Positions 9,418 through 18,656 of a DNA stretch of 20,717 nucleotides are shown here, in pieces. The translations under genes were made by a program, and so were the position numbers. The notes beneath the pieces were generated by a model that was not told the origin of the DNA, did no database searches, and worked only from the letters and a program-made list of their open reading frames with translations. The DNA is from Deltaproteobacteria bacterium (GTDB taxonomy: Bacteria > Myxococcota_A > UBA9160 > SMWR01): contig JAQBGU010000026.1 in the NCBI GenBank assembly GCA_032128375.1, positions 1 through 20,717 on the forward strand, given 5' to 3'. Every line of letters begins with the position of its first letter. Positions within the stretch are counted from its first letter, which is position 1.

Positions 9418-9782
9418 GGAGGCGCGCGCGTGCTCGTGATGGGTGATTTCAACACCGCTCATCGCGAGATCGACCTCGCCCGGCCCAAGGACAATCGCAA
9501 CACGAGCGGATTCCTGCCCGAGGAGTGCTGCGAGATCGACCGCTGGGTCCAGGCCGGTTGGACCGACACGTACCGCCACTTCGACCCTGGCCCCGACCGG
9601 TACACCTGGTGGAGTCAGCGTTTCGAAGTCCGCATGAAGAACATCGGCTGGCGGCTCGACTACGTACTCGCGTCGCCTCGGCGATGAGGTTCGTCCGCGA
9701 CGCGATGATCTACCCGAAGGTGATAGGCTCGGATCACTGTCCGGTCGGAGTCGAGGTCGACTCCGCGATTTTCGGAGATTGA
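9418..9782 (+). pseudogene. xth: Exodeoxyribonuclease III C-terminal fragment with frameshift
   Basis: VLVMGDFNTAHREIDLARPKDN..SGFLPEE..DTYRHF..YTWWSQR..KNIGWRLDYVLAS, a frameshift at about 9680, then AMRFVRDA..GSDHCPV. The N-terminal half is absent. Confidence 0.92.
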
Positions 9783-11038
9783 AACCGCATGACCCGTCGG
9801 CCCGGCTGGCGAAGGATGCAGCCCTGATCCGGAACCTCACACTCGCGATTGCGGCATCGATGCTGGCCTCGGTGCTGTTCGAAGTCGTCGTTCAGGCCTT
9901 CCCTTCGCTGCTGCCCGAGCGCCACGAATACCTCGCCCAGCGGATCGCGAACCAGAACCATCGATCCTGGCTGGACTTCACGCACCGCGACGAGCCACAG
10001 GTTCATCACCGGCCCAGCGACACCTTTCGACACCATCCACTGTTGGGGTGGACGTCCTCGCCGAACCTGACGCGCCGGATCTGGGGCTACGACGGCTACT
10101 TCACGGTACAGACGAACGCGGACGGCTTCCGCAATGGCGATCCCGAGCAGACAGCCGCGTCGCGCCGTCGGATCCTGGTACTGGGAGATTCCTTCGTCTG
10201 GGGCCTGTTCCTCGACAACGACGAGCTGATGCCCCAGCGGCTGCAGCGCGAACTCGCCGGCGCCGGTTACGAAGTCGACGTGATGAATTACGGCATGGCC
10301 GGGTTCGGGACCGATCAGGAGCTGTTGGTGCTGCGCGAGTTCGGACCGCGCCTCGACCCATCGCTCGTCGTGCTCGCGTTCTTCTACTCGAACGATTTCG
10401 AGGACAATGCACGGGCGACTTCGCGGTGGAGGGGCGGCCGAGCCAAACCCTATTTCACACGCGACAGGACCGACGAACTCGTGTTGCACAACGTGCCCGT
10501 ACCCGAAGACGAACCGCAGCCGGAGACGCGAACCGGGGTGCCGTCGTCTCTGCCCGCGCAGCTGCGAAAGCACAGCGTCCTCGCGAACCTGGCCCGATCC
10601 CTCACCCACCGCTCGCCGCAAACGCACCGCCACGGGTCGGACCCTGAAGCGGATGCCGAAGCCAACCTCACAGACGCAGAACCCTCTGCTGGCAGATCCG
10701 CCGGCCACGCGATCACGCGCCGACTGCTCCTCGAAGTCGAAGCGGAGGCACGCCAACTCGGTGCGCCCCTGGTCGTCGCGCTGTTCCCAGGTTACGGCTT
10801 TTCGCGCGGCCAGCGCGCCGAATACGAGCGCGCGGCCGAATTCTTTCGGAGTCAGCTTCCAGCGCTCGACGTCGTCGATCTGACGCCCGCCTTCGAGCGA
10901 TCCGAGCCAACCCAGGGGCCGCTGCACGGGCGCTTCGTCGAACACTGGAACGCCGCCGGCGCGAGCCTGGCGGCCCGCGAATTGAGCGCCCATCTGGTTC
11001 GCGATCACGCCGAACGACTGAAGCTCGGCGGTCGTTGA
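9779..11038 (+). CDS. Membrane-anchored SGNH/GDSL hydrolase family protein
   Basis: N-terminal TM segment, HPLLGW, TNADGFR, block I RILVLGDSFVWG, block II NYGMAGFGTDQ, block III FYSND and block V EHWNAAG. The start overlaps the xth stop; the exact start is uncertain. Confidence 0.88.
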   Translation: MKPHDPSARLAKDAALIRNLTLAIAASMLASVLFEVVVQAFPSLLPERHEYLAQRIANQNHRSWLDFTHRDEPQVHHRPSDTFRHHPLLGWTSSPNLTRRIWGYDGYFTVQTNADGFRNGDPEQTAASRRRILVLGDSFVWGLFLDNDELMPQRLQRELAGAGYEVDVMNYGMAGFGTDQELLVLREFGPRLDPSLVVLAFFYSNDFEDNARATSRWRGGRAKPYFTRDRTDELVLHNVPVPEDEPQPETRTGVPSSLPAQLRKHSVLANLARSLTHRSPQTHRHGSDPEADAEANLTDAEPSAGRSAGHAITRRLLLEVEAEARQLGAPLVVALFPGYGFSRGQRAEYERAAEFFRSQLPALDVVDLTPAFERSEPTQGPLHGRFVEHWNAAGASLAARELSAHLVRDHAERLKLGGR

Positions 11039-11066
11039 CTCGACCCGCCGGCGGCCAGGCCTCGGT

Positions 11067-12015
11067 TCAGCGGGCGATGCCGCGAAACTCCGATGTAATC
11101 GATCAGCGCGCGCAGCGCGCGAACGGCCCGATGCGCGCTCGCATAGCAGATGCGCCCTTCTTCACGAATGCCGGCCGGCCCGGGGTTCTCGCGCAACATA
11201 TCGGTGTGGACCAACTCGGTGCAGGACAGGATCGGTTTCTCCTGACGCTCCGAGCACTCGCGAGCCGCCTCCGCGTAGCGGCGATCCTGACGCTCGTGGA
11301 ACGCGACGATACGCTCGAGCCCGTAGTCGGGGTAGAACTCGCCGCTCTTCAGATTGCTCGCCGACGCCGCCTGGATGCCGATTCCGAGGTGGACGATCGC
11401 GTCGACGTCGGGGTGGCCACAGATCAGGTCGAGCACTTCGGCAATGGTGTCGCGGGATCAACTCGAGCCCTGCCGCTGCACACGCGTCCGCGGCCAGCAC
11501 CCCCCAACCCCCGCCGTGGTGAATACGACGACGCGACGCCCGCGCGGTAGCGGTTGCGTGGCCAGCGCAGCCGCCCATTCGAAGGCGTCTTCGATCGTGG
11601 GCGCGCGCAGCACGCCGAGTTGTCGGCAGATCCCGTCGAAAATCCGATCGTCGGTGGCCAGCGATCCGGTGTGGCTGGCCGCGGCGCGTTTGCCTTCGGC
11701 CGCCAAACCGCTTTGATCAGCACCAGCGGCTTGGTCGCAGTCAGGCGTCGCACGACGTCGATGAAACGCGGGCCGTCCAAAAGCCCTTCGAGGTAGGCGA
11801 GCGCGACGCGCGTTTCGGGGTCGGCGGCAAAGTACTCGAGGAAGTCGGCCAGGCTCGTCTGGGCCTGGTTGCCACACGAGATCGCCTTGCTGATGCCAAC
11901 GCCGGTTTCGACCGCGCAGTTCAGAAACGACGAGACCAGGTTGCCACTCTGCGAAACGACGGAGATGTCGCCGGGAGGTGGATACCGGGCGACGATTTGC
12001 GCGCACATCGAGGGA
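11067..12015 (-). pseudogene. Acyl-CoA ligase (ADP-forming)/CoA-binding protein, 5'-truncated, multiply frameshifted, internally deleted
   Basis: Pieces in different frames: ISVVSQSGNLVSSF..KAISCGNQA..AYLEG..KPLVLIK / GKRAAASHTGSLA..QPLPRGRRVVVFTTAG / GWGVLAADACAAAGLELIP / RDTIAEVLDLICGHPDVDA..RAVRAL. The expected NP(I/V)DL segment is missing at about 11455. Confidence 0.88.
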
Positions 12016-12019
12016 GGAT

Positions 12020-12205
12020 CAAGATCCGCTGCGCGGCCGCTGGGACTCCAAGCGGTTCCACGAGCAGCGCGAAAACGTAGAACAGACCGAATACCCAATC
12101 GAAGCGAGCCCTGGAGAACACGCTCGGGATGCTCGAAACGAGCTTGCCCAACGCAAGCGCAAGCACGATCGAGATCGCGATCGAATAGAACTCGAACTCA
12201 CTCAC
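12020..12205 (-). pseudogene. N-terminal fragment of a small hypothetical membrane protein
   Basis: (M)SEFEFYSIAISIVLALALGKLVSS..RFDWVFGLFYVFALL, two hydrophobic segments, then it runs into the CoA-ligase fragment. Confidence 0.5.
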
Positions 12206-12435
12206 GAACAACGACCCGGTTCGCTGACACAGTGATTTGTCCGTCGATTCCGCAGCCGGCCATCAAACACATGAGAAAACGGCCACGTTGTTCGAGACCG
12301 ATCCAACGACGCGATAGTAACCATGGGCTGGTGATCGCGCTTGGTCGCGCTCCTCATCTACGAAGTTGGGCGTTGGTGCATGAATCGTATGGGAAATCAC
12401 GTCGATATCCTGATCGTGGTCTCCCACACGCGACA

Positions 12436-12458
12436 CGCACGGATCGGGCAAGAACGCC
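12436..12458 (+). repeat. 23-nt direct repeat, copy 1
   Basis: CGCACGGATCGGGCAAGAACGCC, 22/23 identical to 13405-13427. Confidence 0.75.
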
Positions 12459-12635
12459 CGTGAATTCCGGCGCCTTGCCACCCGCTACCTGGCCGGGCAC
12501 GCTGAAACGCAGCTTCTTTCACCGATCAGCCGAATGTCGCGGGTGGGACGGAGATCCGGTACGGAGTAACTTCCCGGTCGATCGCGATTCGAAGAGAGTC
12601 TGGCCAGCGCGGCGCGAAATCGGAGGTTGTAGAGC

Positions 12636-13262
12636 ATGACGTCCGTCTCAGGAAACTTTCTCCTCGGGCTCCTCCTCTGGCCCTTTCTGGAGTACGCGCT
12701 GCACAGCTGGCTTGGGCACGTTGCGCGCGGGGCCAACGCTTTTTCTCGGGAACATCTGAAGCACCACGCCGTGAAGGACTTCTTCGCGCCGGCCTCCAAA
12801 AAAGCCCTTGCGGGGGTGCCCGTCTTTGCGACCAGCTTCCTTCTGTGTGGGCTCGCGGCCGGGTGGGCGAATGGCGCCGCCCTCACTTTCGGCTTCGTCG
12901 TGTCGTACCTCTTCTACGAAGTGACGCATCGCCGCGCGCACGTCGTTCCGCCCAGGGGTCCCTACTCCCGGTGGGTGCGGAAGAACCACTTCTTTCATCA
13001 CTTCGTCAGTCCCGAGAGCAACCACGGAGTCACGAGCCCCCTGTTCGACCTCGCCTTTGCAACCCACCGGAAGCCTGGAGTCGTGCGGGTGCCCGAGCGC
13101 TTTGCGATGGACTGGTTGATCGATTCCGAAACGGGCGACGTTCGGGAGGAGTTCCGCGCCGATTACGAGCTACGGCGCTCACGGATCCCGAGAGCCGAGG
13201 GCGCAGCGTGTCGGAAGGAGGATCTCGACGCTGCCTACCAGGGAGCAGCTCCCGCCGACTAG
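12636..13262 (+). CDS. Sterol desaturase / fatty acid hydroxylase family protein
   Basis: GGAGG upstream. His boxes EYALHSWLGH, EHLKHH, YEVTHRRAH and NHFFHHF, plus NHGVTSPLFD and hydrophobic segments. Confidence 0.92.
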   Translation: MTSVSGNFLLGLLLWPFLEYALHSWLGHVARGANAFSREHLKHHAVKDFFAPASKKALAGVPVFATSFLLCGLAAGWANGAALTFGFVVSYLFYEVTHRRAHVVPPRGPYSRWVRKNHFFHHFVSPESNHGVTSPLFDLAFATHRKPGVVRVPERFAMDWLIDSETGDVREEFRADYELRRSRIPRAEGAACRKEDLDAAYQGAAPAD

Positions 13263-13404
13263 TCTCGATCCGCATGACCGATTGAGGTCAGGAAGACCGA
13301 TGAGCAGGATCGCGGCATCGGATGACCGTGACGTCGCCGCACCGAGGACTGCGGGCAGTTGTCCGGGCCGGCCGTACACGCGCCGCCAACCGAAAGGCCG
13401 CCGT

Positions 13405-13427
13405 CGCACGGATCGGGCAAAAACGCC
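13405..13427 (+). repeat. 23-nt direct repeat, copy 2
   Basis: CGCACGGATCGGGCAAAAACGCC, 22/23 identical to 12436-12458. Confidence 0.75.
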
Positions 13428-13582
13428 GCCGGGGCCGTCGCACGTGCCGCTCTGTGCCGCTCCTCGCCGCGCCCTGCAACCTTTCTTGTTGTGATCGTCG
13501 CGGTAGTCGGAGATGATTGCGAAGACGCCGTTGGAAGCTTCTGCTTACTGAAGAGCCGAGGCGCGAAATAGGAGGGGTTAGA

Positions 13583-14473
13583 ATGACGATCGACCCGTTC
13601 GAAGGTGTGAAGAGGGCCAAAGTCAACGGAACGACGCTGGCCTACCGGGAACAGGGCGTGGGCGAGCCCGTCGTTTTTCTCCACGGCGGAATCAGCGACC
13701 TGCGCGTCTGGGATCAGCAGCTTCCGGCCGTCGGGCAATCGTACCGGGCCATCAGCTATAGCCGCCGCTATGCGAGGCCCAACGAAGATATCGCTGCCGG
13801 AGAGCCTGATCCGTGGGAGCCGCACGTGGACGACGTCGCCGCCTTCCTTCAGGAGATCGGAGCCGCGCCCGCGCACCTCGTAGGCAACTCCCAAGGCGCC
13901 TTCATCTGCCTGCTGACGGCCCTGCGGTATCCGGATGTAGTGCGCAGCCTCGTGCTGGAAGAGCCGCCCGTCATCCCGCTCTTCCTGAGTGTGCCGCCCC
14001 GACCAATGGAGATCCTGCGTCTGTTCGTGACCCGTCCACGCACCGCGATCGCCCTGGTCGGGTTCGTGAGCGGGACCCTGGGGCCCGTAAAGAAGGCCTT
14101 GGAGCGAGGCGACGATGAAGAAGCACTCAGGCTCTTTCTCATCTCAGTGCTGGGTAAGGAGTTCTACGAGCGGTTGCCGGAGGAGAGCCTGGCGCGGACG
14201 CGAGAGAACTTCAGCACCCTGCGTGCGTTCATCCTCAACGATGTGGAGTTCCCGAAGCTCGTCGACGACGACGTTCGGGGGATTCGCGCGCCGGTCCTGC
14301 TCGTGACCGGGGAGCACAGCCCCCCGTGGCTACTCCGCATGACCGACCGGCTCGAAGAACTGTTGCCGAACGTCGAGCGCGTCGAGATCCCTGACGCCTC
14401 CCACGTGATGCAGGAGGACAACCCGCCGGCGACCAACGAGGCGATCCTCGGGTTCCTCGGGCGACATCGCTAG
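13583..14473 (+). CDS. Alpha/beta fold hydrolase
   Basis: ATG at 13583 after AGGAGG. PVVFLHGG oxyanion region, nucleophile elbow GNSQG, PVLLVTGE and catalytic His in DASHVMQE. Confidence 0.95.
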   Translation: MTIDPFEGVKRAKVNGTTLAYREQGVGEPVVFLHGGISDLRVWDQQLPAVGQSYRAISYSRRYARPNEDIAAGEPDPWEPHVDDVAAFLQEIGAAPAHLVGNSQGAFICLLTALRYPDVVRSLVLEEPPVIPLFLSVPPRPMEILRLFVTRPRTAIALVGFVSGTLGPVKKALERGDDEEALRLFLISVLGKEFYERLPEESLARTRENFSTLRAFILNDVEFPKLVDDDVRGIRAPVLLVTGEHSPPWLLRMTDRLEELLPNVERVEIPDASHVMQEDNPPATNEAILGFLGRHR

Positions 14474-15169
14474 TCTGCCCGCGTGGCGGACTCGGCCGCG
14501 AGTCCGAGTCTGCAACGCCGTCGACACGCAGCCGATGGCCTTGCGGGAGCCAGGTTTCGCATTTCACATTCACGCTACCCTTTCACAGACGGCGCGTGCG
14601 CGGTTGCGCATGATTTCGGCCGGCGTCGGATCCTGTTCGAAATGCCTCAGCATCGGAATTCTTCTCTCGCCGGGGCAGCGCTTCGCTGACTGCTCTGTCG
14701 GAAGCACGCGTTCGGCGAATCAGTGCGGGGCACTTGTTGGCCAGCCATTAGAACGCGGAAGCCCGGCGAGCTTCGGGTTTGCTGCTGAAAGGCCATGCAG
14801 AACCTCTGCTGCTCGGCGTCCCGCGTTCGGAACTTCGGCGCTTGACGGCGGAGCCAAAAGTGAACGATGACCAATCAAGATGACCATGCAAAGGACAGGC
14901 GGCGTCGCGAGCGCACGCTCGCACTCGGCCGCCCAGCACGGCTGCCTGCTCGCCGTTGCGGAGCCGATTGGGACCGTGAAGGTCAGAATCGTCGACGACC
15001 CCTCAGCGGCCGGCAAGCGCACCGTGCTGGAACGCACGCTCGCAGACGTCGAGTTCCATGCAGCTTGGCCAGCGAGCATCGTTCACGCTTGCGCGTCCGC
15101 CGAGATCATCGCGGACCGCGCTGCGACCAAACCGCCACACGCATGAGTGTTTTCGAGACAGGCGGGTCT

Positions 15170-16306
15170 CGCCAAGCGTATGGGACTCTTCCACGAGGCG
15201 GAATGCGCGGCGGACGCCGATGACCTCCCGGACGCTGAAGAGGGGGAAGACGACGAGACGATCGGGGTCCCCGCCCACCAGCGCCGCAAGTGCGGACGAC
15301 GACCGATCCCGGTCCACATCCCGCGTGTCGAGATCCTCCACGACCTGTCCGAAGACGAGAAGGTCTGCACTTCCGACGGTCACCGTCTCCAAGAGATCGG
15401 GCGAGAAATCTGCGAACAGCCCGAGATCATTCCGGCCACGATCCAGGTGCTGCGCCATGTGCGCCCCAAGTATGCGTGCCCCCACTGCAAGAGCGGCGTT
15501 CAGATTGCGCCGCTGCCCCCGCAGCCGATTCCCAAGAGCTTGGCGGCTCCGGGCCTGTTGGCCCACGTCGCGATCTCGAAGTACGGCGACGGGTTGCCCT
15601 TGTCGTACTTGTGGGTGTGGCGCGGGGGATCAGGAGACCACCCTCTTGTGCTCTACGACTACGCGCCGTCTCGAGGGGGAGAGGTTCCCAAGCGCCTGCT
15701 AGAGGGTTTTCGGGGGTACCTACAGGTCGATGGCTACGAGGGCTACAACAAAGTGTGTGAGGCGAACGGTCTCGTTCGCGTGGGGTGCTTCGCGCATGCG
15801 CGTAGGAAGTTCGACGAGGCGCTGAAGGCGCAGCGCAAAGGCATGAAGACCGGCAAGAAACGCTCGGCGAAGGTGACGAAGGCCCAGCAGGGCCTCGACC
15901 TGATCCGGGTGCTGTATCAAATCGAGCGACAGATCGCCGACGAGCCTGCCGAGGAGCGCTACCGGGTTCGCCAGCAGCACGCGAAGCCTCAGCTCGAAAA
16001 GATCCGCGAGTGGTTGGACGGGCACTGGGCAGCGTTCCGCCGCAGAGCTTGACGGGAAGAGCGCTCGCCTATCTCGACAATCAATGGGACCGGCTGATTC
16101 GCTACATCGACGACGGTCGACTTCGCATCGACAACAATCTGGTGGAAAACGCGATTCGTCCTTTTGTTGTAGGAAGAAAGGCGTGGCTGTTTTCCGACAC
16201 CATTCGCGATGCCCAGGCGAGCGCCAACCTGTATAGCCTGGTCGAAACCGCGAAGGCGAACGGAATCGAGCCCTACGCATACCTCAGACACGTCTTCACC
16301 GAGCTA
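15170..16306 (+). mobile_element. tnpC: IS66-family transposase TnpC pseudogene (no tnpA/tnpB, no ends seen)
   Basis: GRRPIP..PRVE..HDL, zinc finger [33 protein letters not shown]; a frameshift at about 16020, then [37 protein letters not shown]. Truncated at both ends and internally deleted at about 15602. Confidence 0.95.
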
Positions 16307-16662
16307 TCATTGCAATACCTCGTAGTTGTGGTCACTCGATGGGGGGACGGCTAGAGCCAGGATCGACACGCCGTTGTGTGTGCTGCGTCACTCACCGGTC
16401 GACGAGCCTCCTCCGGGGCACCGTAAGGGGCGAGAATCTGGGCTCGGTAGATCGCCACACGGCCCTCCAGAGCAAGGTCCTCGTTCTCGTGGACCGGCTC
16501 CGTTCCTTTTGGTACCGCAGGGCCAACGTCGCTGTCGTGTCCCAAATGGGCTATGCCGGTGCGCTTTCTGATAGGGCGGTCGGAGCAGGAACGAAGAGGT
16601 GGGGAAATGTCGAATGAGCCCCCCAGAGACTCTCTCGTCACTCGATTGCGTAGCTCCGCGGG

Positions 16663-16697
16663 GCTGCTGGCGAACCCGATAGCGCTCCTCGGCAGGC
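16663..16697 (-). repeat. 35-nt inverted copy of IS66 internal segment 15944-15978
   Basis: Reverse complement GCCTGCCGAGGAGCGCTATCGGGTTCGCCAGCAGC vs GCCTGCCGAGGAGCGCTACCGGGTTCGCCAGCAGC, 34/35 identical. Confidence 0.9.
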
Positions 16698-16913
16698 CCC
16701 TCCCACTGAAATCCGAGCACCGACGGGCAGGCTGCAGAGCAGCGCGACAGCTCGCGGGCTCAGGGACAGCACGGATCTTTGTCGCTCGGCCGCTTCGCGC
16801 TTGCGTCCACGCTTCGAGCAGTCCGTTCGCTCATGGCTGACCGATCCACAGGCACCGGGGGTTGGGCCTGCCCGCGCAGGGTCGGCGCTACGAGACGACC
16901 GGTGGCGATGATC

Positions 16914-17066
16914 GAGAGCCACCGACGGAGATCCTTCGATCGGAACTCGATTCTCGCACCCGTAGCCCAAATGGGTGATCCATTGGGACGATCGCGCATC
17001 AGTTCACGGATGGTGAACCGATCACATACCCCAAACGAGTGATCCGCCGCTGCGATTTCACCTACT
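16914..17066 (-). pseudogene. Possible excisionase-like HTH remnant
   Basis: VGEIAAADHSFGVCDRFTIRELMRDRP..WATGARIEFRSKDLRRWL resembles the ExA..LGV...T......G..(I/W)RFR..DL..WL pattern. No start codon in frame upstream of it. Confidence 0.35.
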
Positions 17067-17202
17067 GATCACAGGGGAGACACATGGTTGATTCATCCGA
17101 ACGAGTGAATAGAAATCGTGTACTGATTCTAAACTTTCTGGTGACACTCGTCGCGAGACGTGAGATACTCGACGGAGTCGATGCCAGAGGAGGGTCATCA
17201 CG

Positions 17203-18123
17203 ATGCGTCGAGTCTCGCGTAACTGTCTCATGGTTGCCGCATTCCTTTCGATCGTGCCGAATGCAGCCCGGGCGGTACCAGTCACCTATCAATTGGTGTC
17301 CGGATCACTCGATTCGGTTTTTCTCTTCTCGGAAGGAAATCTCATGGACAATTGCGCCGGCAGTATCGGTGGCAACTGTCTGCTCTCATCCATGACGATC
17401 GACTCCGCATCCATCACGCTGGACCAAGAGACGGGCGAGTTGCTCGATCTGCAGATTGCAGTCTACGGTACCGGAGAAATTGCGATGGCGGGCGTGAACG
17501 GGTATGAAACGGTTCTGTTCACCGGGACGAGCTTCAGTTTCACCGGCACCAGCGCCCTCGGATCTGGTGCGAACGTGCGGCCGTTCTCCGGCGCTGCGGG
17601 CGAGATCGCGGTCGACACACTCGATATGGAATTGAGCGCCGCTCTGGGGGGAGGCTGGGTCCAGGCCACCAACTACTCGTCGCCATCGGATCCGAATGGC
17701 CTGTTGCACTTCTCGGAAGGAGGAGTCGGGGTAACGCTATCGGGTGTCGAGATCGGGACGTTCGCCGATCCGTTCGGCGGACCGAGCGCAACCGTCGAGG
17801 CATACTTCAGCTTCTCGGCTGCCGTTGGCCCGGAGCCGGCCGTCCCGGAGCCCAGTGCGGAGGTTCTCTTCGCGGTGGGTTTCCTCATATTGATGGTTGC
17901 CACGCGCTGGACGGTGCCTCCGGTTGCCGCCGGTGTCGGTGCCGGAACCGAAAAGGCCTCGATGCGTCGGACATTCTTGGTTGATTTGACGGCATGGGTC
18001 GATACGAAACGCCGCGCGCCCGCCGAGGGTCGCTCGTATTGGGACTCGGTTTCCGTCGCACACACCGGCCTCGGACCCGCCGCACCACTTCCGATGATGC
18101 AGACGTCCGCATCGATCCGATAG
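17203..18123 (+). CDS. Secreted protein with PEP-CTERM-type sorting signal and probable read-through tail
   Basis: GAGGAG upstream, signal peptide ending ARA, Ser/Thr/Gly-rich body, then VPEPSAEVLFAVGFLILMVATR from 17842. About 70 extra residues follow. Confidence 0.75.
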   Translation: MRRVSRNCLMVAAFLSIVPNAARAVPVTYQLVSGSLDSVFLFSEGNLMDNCAGSIGGNCLLSSMTIDSASITLDQETGELLDLQIAVYGTGEIAMAGVNGYETVLFTGTSFSFTGTSALGSGANVRPFSGAAGEIAVDTLDMELSAALGGGWVQATNYSSPSDPNGLLHFSEGGVGVTLSGVEIGTFADPFGGPSATVEAYFSFSAAVGPEPAVPEPSAEVLFAVGFLILMVATRWTVPPVAAGVGAGTEKASMRRTFLVDLTAWVDTKRRAPAEGRSYWDSVSVAHTGLGPAAPLPMMQTSASIR

Positions 18124-18155
18124 CTCCGGGGCAGCGTGCGCGAGTCGATGAAAAC
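18075..18155 (-). pseudogene. FAD-dependent (GMC-type) oxidoreductase, N-terminal 27-codon fragment
   Basis: VFIDSRTLPRSYRIDADVCIIGSGAAG, a typical N-terminus with the GxGxxG Rossmann motif. Similarity ends right after it. Confidence 0.7.
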
Positions 18156-18656
18156 CAGGGACCACTGTCTAGCCATCGAGAAGACGGTAATGCCAGGCCC
18201 AACGGCGCCCAGCGAGTCGCCGAGAACGCGGAGAGTGGTTTCCCACTGACCCGATCGATGACGGTTTCGTAGATCCCGTCCAGTAGGCTCTCGAACTCGG
18301 CTCCGTTGCGCGTGCGCGGGCTTGTAGTCAAGCGAACCCTCGTTCTCATCGCTCGATCCATAGTGCGCGGGCGGTCCGGTGGGCCACTTTCGCGAGCGCG
18401 CACGCCGCGTTGCACCGACGTGCCTCCACTGCGCTCGATCGGTGAACCGTTCCGCCTCTGCGCTCGGTCGGCGAACCGTTCGTATCGATACTCACACTAT
18501 CACGAGTCGCGCCAAGTCGTGCAGTGGAATCGAATCCAGCCGGCCGTCGGCTGGTGTTCTGCAGCGGGCATCGCTCATCGCACACACTCAGCAGTTTCAG
18601 CGCGCGGATGGTGCCCTTGGTGATACGCCACAAGAGCCCAACTGATTGAATTCATT

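Noticed and set aside
8142..11008. Long minus-strand ORFs 8142..9455 and 9734..11008
   Set aside because: Shadows of plus-strand genes with clear motifs, as expected at high GC.
14867..15146. Short ORFs upstream of tnpC as IS66 tnpA/tnpB
   Set aside because: No TnpB DMRKG/F-type motif or TnpA HTH, and no GTAA-type IS66 terminus seen.
18250..18349. AEFESLLDGIYETVID on minus, resembling the N-terminus of some LuxR-type regulators
   Set aside because: Too short, and no HTH follows.
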